64,000 bases of DNA, from assembly GCA_965228855.1 (NCBI GenBank), contig CBDDIJ010000005.1:1440001-1504000 (forward strand). Direction: 5' to 3'. Shown here piece after piece: positions 57,629 to 64,000 of this stretch (positions are counted from its first letter, which is position 1; each line of letters opens with the position of its first letter). The notes under the pieces were generated by a model. The model searched no databases, was not told the DNA's origin, and worked only from the letters and a program-made list of their open reading frames with translations. This DNA comes from Candidatus Obscuribacterales bacterium (GTDB lineage Bacteria; Cyanobacteriota; Vampirovibrionia; Obscuribacterales; Obscuribacteraceae). A program made the position numbers and the translations under genes.

Positions 57629-60600
57629 ATGAAAACGTGGGCTAGATGGACGCTGTTAGTACTATGGACGGTGCTGCTGATTGTAACGTCAGAGTACTGG
57701 AATCCGTTCACATCATTCCCTGCTCTGGCGAAATATTCCATCACGGCCGTAGTATCTTCAGCCATATTCGGCGTTTTAGTGATGATTGCGCAGTTCTTCA
57801 TACTGATAGCAGTCATTTTTCCGCTCCCTCCTCGGGCTGACTCGAAAGCAAAAAAAACAATTCTCAGAAAGATGTTTTCGTTCGTGTTCAAGGATCCACC
57901 GATTAGTCCAAAAGCGCCGAAACTACTCGACGAGTTGATTGGAAACGAGAAAGCGAAAACAGAAATTCGCGAAGTAATCGACATGCTTAAGAATCGGGAA
58001 CACTATGTCGCTTCAGGTGCCGAAGTTCCGAAAGGTATGCTTTTCATTGGTCAGCCTGGAGTCGGCAAAACCTTATTTGCAAGAGCTATTGCGAATGAGG
58101 CGGACATTCCATTCTATGTCGTCGAAGGGAGTGCATTTAGTGGCGTCATCTACGGCTTAGGTGTCTTCAAACTAAAAACCCTTTTTCGAAAACTCCGTGA
58201 GCACAAGCAAGCAATCCTGTTCATAGATGAAATTGAATCTATGGGTTCGAGAAGAAAAGAAGACCGAGGAATGGGTGCTCAAGCGGATCAAAACATCACG
58301 CTTAACACATTGCTTACGGAAATGGATGGTTTCCACGGAAGTCGTTTGCTGATTATCGGAGCCACCAACAATGACTCAATGCTCGATCCGGCTCTTATGC
58401 GTGCAGGACGGATGGAACGTCGCATTTACTTCCAACCCCCCACAGGTACGGAGCGAAAGCAACTTCTCAAATACTACATAGGAAAAGTCGCCCATGCGGA
58501 CGACATTGACTACGATGAAATCGTTGAGTTGACAGCGAATTACAGCCCCGCCGAAATCTCCAGTGTGGTTAACGAAGCCGCACTCGTTTCACGCAGACCG
58601 GGTGGCGAAAACAAGGTCACGACCACAGCTCTGAAATTGGCGCTGGAGAATGTTACCGTGGGCACTGAAAGGACCTTAACTTCCGGTGTTGAGCTCATTG
58701 CTCACGATCCGACTATAAGGTTTGACGACGTGATTGGTATCGATGACGTAAAACAAGACCTAGTTGAGATCGTTGATTTTCTAAAACGGGGAGATGACCT
58801 TAGAAAAATTGGCGCGAAGATTCCGAAAGGCGTCATCATGATCGGACCACCTGGAGTAGGAAAGACTCTTCTGGCCAAAGCCATCGCAAACGAGGCTGGC
58901 GTGCCATTTTATGGACTATCTGCAAGCTACTTCTCTAGCTTCCTCGCCGGGGAAGGCGCCGCACGTATTCGTGCTTTATACAACCAAGCCAGAAAGAACC
59001 CGGCATCAATTGTATTTATTGACGAGATTGACGCCGTCGGTGGAACAATGACCGAGACCGGGACCAAACGCACAACCGAACTAAATCAAATACTGGTTGA
59101 GCTCGATGGCATAGGACGCAGCAACGTAATAACCCTGGCCGCAACTAACGCTGAGCAAAATCTCGATCCTGCGTTCATGAGGTCCGGGCGATTCGATCGC
59201 AAAGTATACGTTGGACTTCCGGATTCAAAATCGAGAAAGGCTATGTTTACTCGGTATCTATCGAAAGTAAAAATGGCGGCAGAGGTCGATTTAGACAGAC
59301 TTGCTAAAGCCTCATTCAACTTCTCTGGAGCTGACGTGGCAGCGTGCGTGAACGAAGCAGCAATGCTCGCTGTGAGAAGCGGAAAAACTGAGGTTGATCA
59401 AGAGTCTCTGGAAGAAGCGGCGATAAAAGTTTCAGCGACCGCCGGCCATAAGCTGAATACAACTGGTATCAGTATGTCTAAAGTGCCTGACTTAGAAGTA
59501 AAGTTGGATGACTTGAAGGGCATCGACGAGGCGAAAGCAGAGGCTGCAGAAGTTGTTGCGCTCTTGAAAAACGCACATATCGTTGAAAAAAGCGGTCTTA
59601 AGTCGCCCAAGGGCATTCTCCTTTCAGGACCACCTGGAACCGGTAAGACCATGCTAGCCAAGGCAATCGCTAATGAGGCAGGCGTACCGATTTATGCTCT
59701 ATCCGGTACGGATTTCGTTCAAGTACTCGTCGGTCTAGGTGCTCAGCGTGTTCGGGCCGTGTACGAGATGGCAAGACGAAGTGGCAAACCAGCTATCGTT
59801 TTCATCGATGAGATTGATGCAATTGGAAGCAAACGAGCACATGACACTGGCGGTGGGGGACAAAACGAGGTAAACCGCACCCTTAATCAGTTATTGACGG
59901 AGATGGACGGCTTTGGAAAACATAAAGTGTTGACCATCGGTGCAACGAACGCTCCGGATATGCTCGATCCGGCTCTATTACGCGCGGGAAGGTTTGATCG
60001 AGTCATCGACGTACCTCTTCCCAACCTGGAAGGCCGTGAAGGAATTCTTCATCACTACTTGAAGAACCTTCAACTCGACGCGTCCGTCAACATTTTGGAA
60101 ATCGCCAGGATGACCGTATTTTCGGCAGGCGCAGAACTAGCGAGCATAGTGAACGAAGCTGGATTAATCGCAATTCGTCACGGTCGTTTGAAAATCACTC
60201 AACCAGATATGATTCAAGCAATTCAAAGGGTGCGCTTTGGATTAAATCGCAGCCAACATATCAGTCTTAGAGATCTTTGGGAAACCGCCTACCATGAAGC
60301 TGGACACACGATGGTGGCGTATTATCGAGACCAACTAGAACGCATTCAAGTCGTGACTATCATTCCCACGGGGCGAGCTTTGGGATACATGTGGTCGGTG
60401 GCTAAAGATGACCGTTTTCATCACTCACCGAATAAACACGAATTGCTAGTGGACATCGAAGTAAGTTTAGGCGGCTATGTCGCCGAGCACATGCGTATGG
60501 AGACTAACACCGCCGGAGTGAGCGCAGACCTGGACAACGTAGCTCGTGTCGCAGCTTCCATGATTCGGGAATACGGCATGGGTTCCTTCAAGTTCAACAC

Positions 60601-61006
60601 ATACACAGCGATTTCGAATCCATCAGCGGAAACTAGTAGAGAGATTGAGCTTGAAATTAAGTCTATCGTAGACGGTTGCCTGGAGAACGTAGAAAATCTG
60701 ATTCGCACAAAACGAGCGGAGCTAGATAGGCTCGCTACGGCTCTGGTCGAGAAAGAGACTCTGTATTATGCTGATATTGTGCAAATTCTCGAACCGACGA
60801 AGACAAACGAAGAAATTCAAAGAGAGGTCGAAGCTGTGTCAGAGCGAAAACTCGTCGGTAAGAGACCTGTGATTGACATGGACTTTCTAGCTGGAGTTTC
60901 GAGCATTGGACGAAACGGAAAAAACGGCTCCAACGGAACCGGGCTAAACCCACTTGGTCTACCGGACACAGATATCGACTTGAACAATCGGGATGGTAAT
61001 AGCTAG
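57629..61006 (+). CDS. FtsH-like ATP-dependent zinc metalloprotease with three tandem AAA domains
   Basis: Two N-terminal TM segments; three Walker A/B/SRH sets; one M41 domain with HEAGH. Confidence 0.9.
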   Translation: MKTWARWTLLVLWTVLLIVTSEYWNPFTSFPALAKYSITAVVSSAIFGVLVMIAQFFILIAVIFPLPPRADSKAKKTILRKMFSFVFKDPPISPKAPKLLDELIGNEKAKTEIREVIDMLKNREHYVASGAEVPKGMLFIGQPGVGKTLFARAIANEADIPFYVVEGSAFSGVIYGLGVFKLKTLFRKLREHKQAILFIDEIESMGSRRKEDRGMGAQADQNITLNTLLTEMDGFHGSRLLIIGATNNDSMLDPALMRAGRMERRIYFQPPTGTERKQLLKYYIGKVAHADDIDYDEIVELTANYSPAEISSVVNEAALVSRRPGGENKVTTTALKLALENVTVGTERTLTSGVELIAHDPTIRFDDVIGIDDVKQDLVEIVDFLKRGDDLRKIGAKIPKGVIMIGPPGVGKTLLAKAIANEAGVPFYGLSASYFSSFLAGEGAARIRALYNQARKNPASIVFIDEIDAVGGTMTETGTKRTTELNQILVELDGIGRSNVITLAATNAEQNLDPAFMRSGRFDRKVYVGLPDSKSRKAMFTRYLSKVKMAAEVDLDRLAKASFNFSGADVAACVNEAAMLAVRSGKTEVDQESLEEAAIKVSATAGHKLNTTGISMSKVPDLEVKLDDLKGIDEAKAEAAEVVALLKNAHIVEKSGLKSPKGILLSGPPGTGKTMLAKAIANEAGVPIYALSGTDFVQVLVGLGAQRVRAVYEMARRSGKPAIVFIDEIDAIGSKRAHDTGGGGQNEVNRTLNQLLTEMDGFGKHKVLTIGATNAPDMLDPALLRAGRFDRVIDVPLPNLEGREGILHHYLKNLQLDASVNILEIARMTVFSAGAELASIVNEAGLIAIRHGRLKITQPDMIQAIQRVRFGLNRSQHISLRDLWETAYHEAGHTMVAYYRDQLERIQVVTIIPTGRALGYMWSVAKDDRFHHSPNKHELLVDIEVSLGGYVAEHMRMETNTAGVSADLDNVARVAASMIREYGMGSFKFNTYTAISNPSAETSREIELEIKSIVDGCLENVENLIRTKRAELDRLATALVEKETLYYADIVQILEPTKTNEEIQREVEAVSERKLVGKRPVIDMDFLAGVSSIGRNGKNGSNGTGLNPLGLPDTDIDLNNRDGNS

Positions 61007-62192
61007 CGTGGTGCGTCCAGCATCACTCAAGTTTGGCTATTTAGCTTTATGTTGGTTCGCCTCGTCCCTAAATTCACCTACGTTCGCGAATAGTCTGACC
61101 GTAGCGAAGGTAGAACCTTTCAACCTTACCAGCGCCTTTCGCTCCCACCCGGGACCCTGGAGCGGCGCTGACGGCGCCTATTCCATACGGTTGAACGACG
61201 GCACGGCGATATGGACGTTCGGCGACACCTTCATCGGCAAGGTAGAGAACAACAAGCGTTCCGCAGATACGAAGATGGTCAACAACACGGCTGCGATTCA
61301 ATCATCGCAATCGCTGGACCTGCAATTCATCTGGTCGGGAACGAAAGAAAAACCGTTCTCCCTCTGGCGACCGACGGAGCCGGACACCTATTACTGGCCG
61401 GGTGATGGTATCGCTTTTGATGGCAAACTGTTTTTGTTTTTACACAAGATAAAAACGGACAAGACTCGGCCGGAACCGTTTCAATTTAGAACGCTGACTG
61501 ACACAATTGTTCGCATCGATAATCCGCTCGACAAGCCTGATCAATGGCGGATGAAGTATACGGAACTGGGCAACGATGCCGAGAAGCTGCAGTTCGGCAC
61601 TGCCACTATCAGCGATGGCAACTACGTCATGGTATTTTGCAGCTACCCGACCCGGAGAGAAGGACTGAATATTCACCCGGTGATTCTTGCCAGAATTCCA
61701 AAAGACAGTCTGCAAGCGCTAAAGGTTTCAGACTTTGAGTATTATTGTTCGAAAAATGAAAACGATGAAGTAACGTTTTTCTGGTCCAAGCAGGCTAAGG
61801 ATCCGTTTATTCTATTCAGCGACGGCGCGCCAGAAATGTCAGTCACAAAACTGTCCGGTATCGGCGGAGAACCGCAGCATTCGACTAAGAACGATGGCAC
61901 CTTAGACCGTTATGTGATCGTATACATGCCGCCTTTGACTCGAGAAATTGCCATTCGCCAGGCACGAAAACTGACCGGGCCGTGGAGCGAAAAAATAAAA
62001 ATCTACGATTGCCCTGAGAAAGATCCGGAAATTTTTCAGTACAGCGCCAAGATGCACCAGGAGCTCGCGAAACAGCCTGGAGAGCTGATTATCACTTATT
62101 GCAGAAACGCTAAAAACTTCCAGACGCACTTCGACAACGCATCGGTTTATTACCCGCAAGCAATTCGCGTGCAGCTCAAAACTGGCGATTGA
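60993..62192 (+). CDS. Secreted DUF4185/DUF5005-like beta-propeller glycoside-hydrolase-like protein
   Basis: WSGADG.YS, WTFGDTF, YWPGDG, GPWS, YSAKMH; overlaps the FtsH-like stop. Confidence 0.7.
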   Translation: MVIASVVRPASLKFGYLALCWFASSLNSPTFANSLTVAKVEPFNLTSAFRSHPGPWSGADGAYSIRLNDGTAIWTFGDTFIGKVENNKRSADTKMVNNTAAIQSSQSLDLQFIWSGTKEKPFSLWRPTEPDTYYWPGDGIAFDGKLFLFLHKIKTDKTRPEPFQFRTLTDTIVRIDNPLDKPDQWRMKYTELGNDAEKLQFGTATISDGNYVMVFCSYPTRREGLNIHPVILARIPKDSLQALKVSDFEYYCSKNENDEVTFFWSKQAKDPFILFSDGAPEMSVTKLSGIGGEPQHSTKNDGTLDRYVIVYMPPLTREIAIRQARKLTGPWSEKIKIYDCPEKDPEIFQYSAKMHQELAKQPGELIITYCRNAKNFQTHFDNASVYYPQAIRVQLKTGD

Positions 62193-62231
62193 GCGCAACT
62201 GTTTTTCCCTGAAAGAACAGCAGTAGCTTCG

Positions 62232-63260
62232 TCAGGGGTTAAACGCGAACAAAAACGTTGTGATGAAATTGAAGCCGCAGTGCCCGATCATCGTAGTCGT
62301 CGTGTTGGTGAAACGCCTTGCGATACCAAAGACTATCGACCAGAGTGCTACCTGAATTATCAAAGTGGGCGCATGTGAAAACTGAGCGTGGAGCACTCCG
62401 TGCAGTAACGCGGCTGGAACGATTCCCAGTGCCGGCTGAAGGGCGCCGCGCGTCATGGTTTCCTCGCCGACACCCGCACAGATTGCCACGAAAAGCGCGA
62501 TCACAATTGACGCAGACAGATCGCCGCCGGTCGCGAATGTCCCGGAGTTGTATCCCGAGATCTTGGTCGCCATGTCCTGACCCGGCTGAGCGTGCGTGTA
62601 GAGCGACCAGACCAGATCGTAAACGAAGCTGAACACAATGAGCCCCACCCCAACTCCGACCTGCGGCCAGGTAGGTTTCTCCCATCCCAGGCGCTTTAGG
62701 GCGCTCTTCCAGTCACGGCTTACGAAGAGTCCAACCCCGCTGAAGCTCAACAGGACCAGACCCAGTCCGTTGTACGAAAAGATCTGAGACAGTTGAACGG
62801 GCATCGGCAATGGAATTGCAGGGAAGTCAAAGCCTCCGGGATTAATCGTTTGCATGAAGTAACCCAGCACGGTGATATATATGAACATGCCGGTCAAATG
62901 CGGAAAAGATGTTGGAATGAACATCACCCAGTCATTCAGGGCTTTGGTCCAGGACATCTTGTGACGGATTGGTCCGGTCAAGACACGCAGGGAAACCAGC
63001 CCGTCAAGAGGGGTCAGGACTGCCGAAATCGCCCTCCTTCCCCAGTAGAACAGAATGACAACGGTCGATACGACCATCGTGACCAGGACGTTGTTTGAAA
63101 ATGACGAATTGTTCGCACCAATGGTCACCAGCGACAGTTCGAACAAAATTACAAAAACGATAAGCGTTCTGATCAGCCACTTCAAACCGTTAACTTTCAC
63201 GGCGCCGTGACCAAGTAATGCTAAGACTGATACAAAGGTGACAAGAATGAAATCTGACAA
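62232..63260 (-). CDS. CPBP family intramembrane metalloprotease
   Basis: GEETMTRG (EExxxR), HGVLH, GHCGFN; many TM segments. Confidence 0.85.
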   Translation of the reverse strand: MSDFILVTFVSVLALLGHGAVKVNGLKWLIRTLIVFVILFELSLVTIGANNSSFSNNVLVTMVVSTVVILFYWGRRAISAVLTPLDGLVSLRVLTGPIRHKMSWTKALNDWVMFIPTSFPHLTGMFIYITVLGYFMQTINPGGFDFPAIPLPMPVQLSQIFSYNGLGLVLLSFSGVGLFVSRDWKSALKRLGWEKPTWPQVGVGVGLIVFSFVYDLVWSLYTHAQPGQDMATKISGYNSGTFATGGDLSASIVIALFVAICAGVGEETMTRGALQPALGIVPAALLHGVLHAQFSHAPTLIIQVALWSIVFGIARRFTNTTTTMIGHCGFNFITTFLFAFNP

Positions 63261-63430
63261 GGGAAACTCCCGCAGAGGCTATGGTTACTAGGGTTCTTAC
63301 TATTTTTAATCTTGGATTGGCATGCTATTATATTGTCAAGATGGACCAGTCCGGGTACATTCTATGATAGATAAAATAACTCAGGTTAGCCCGGCTAATA
63401 ACACCTGAAGTTCGGAGGTGAAAATACTAG

Positions 63431-63652
63431 ATGAAAAAACGGATTCTCGCATCAGCAATGTTGGCTAGTGTACTGGGACTCGGCGTATTTGCGACATCGT
63501 CGTTCGCAAGTGGACCGATAATTCTGGGACCGACAGTAGCTCCAGCAGTACCGGTAGCTCCAGTCGTTCAGACTGCACCGCTAAAAACGAAGATGCTTAT
63601 GACTTATCGGACAGTCAGAGCGTTCTGGCTCTCCAGAGCTATTGTTCGCTAA
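63431..63652 (+). CDS. Small secreted Pro/Val-rich hypothetical protein
   Basis: GGAGG RBS, signal peptide ending SFA. Confidence 0.65.
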   Translation: MKKRILASAMLASVLGLGVFATSSFASGPIILGPTVAPAVPVAPVVQTAPLKTKMLMTYRTVRAFWLSRAIVR

Positions 63653-63687
63653 GACCAGACCGAGCTAAAAAACCTTCGGACTTGAGA

Positions 63688-63726
63688 ACAGGTCACCCAT
63701 TGATGCGTGGGTGGCCTTGTTGTTTG
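63688..63726 (+). terminator. Putative rho-independent terminator
   Basis: AGGTCACCCA..TGGGTGGCCT stem followed by TGTTGTTT. Confidence 0.55.
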
Positions 63727-64000
63727 ATCAATTTTCACCCGTTAAAAGTCTTGGGAATGAATATGCCTTTTGGGAATCTCGCGACCCTAAGGCAAAACTT
63801 CAAGGTCAGCAAACTCGCAAAGAACTCGATTCGGGCGTCAAAGAAGCCGATTGCCACACCGAAACCTCAACGAAAAAGCGGCAGGTCGCATTTGCATACC
63901 CGCCGCTTTCATTCCGTTCTCAGACCGCGCTATTTGGCGATACGAATGATTACTTCGTCGGTCCCTGCCAGATTTAGCCTCTCGCGTGCAAGACGCTCTA

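Overview
Bacterial chromosomal window, mostly densely coding. Gene style suggests a non-photosynthetic Cyanobacteriota relative (Vampirovibrionia/Melainabacteria-like); this is inference from a short SigA-type RpoD, an MshEN-like small protein and a cyanobacterial-like 6S RNA candidate. Housekeeping genes include thrB, dnaG-rpoD, hydA, murQ, trxA, a class A PBP, a CzcAB-like efflux pair and several two-component proteins. An accessory region at about 15.4-24.1 kb holds an array of six paralogous small membrane proteins, GC-rich hairpin-punctuated genes and a complete IS110 (IS621-type) element at 21411-22675. Its bridge RNA guides, circle-junction promoter and insertion site can all be read from the sequence. 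The target core (GT) differs from the donor core (CT), and the element sits in one copy of a dispersed ~115-nt repeat. Other unusual items are an FtsH-like protease with three tandem AAA modules but one M41 domain, downstream of a thioredoxin/fasciclin cluster; a flippase-fusion/GMC/SDR operon; a RedB-like/hybrid kinase module; a tandem NlpC/P60-like protein whose first domain lacks the catalytic Cys; a pseudokinase; and a protein with an ADP-ribosyltransferase-like C-terminus. All family calls come from motifs recognised by eye; no searches were run.
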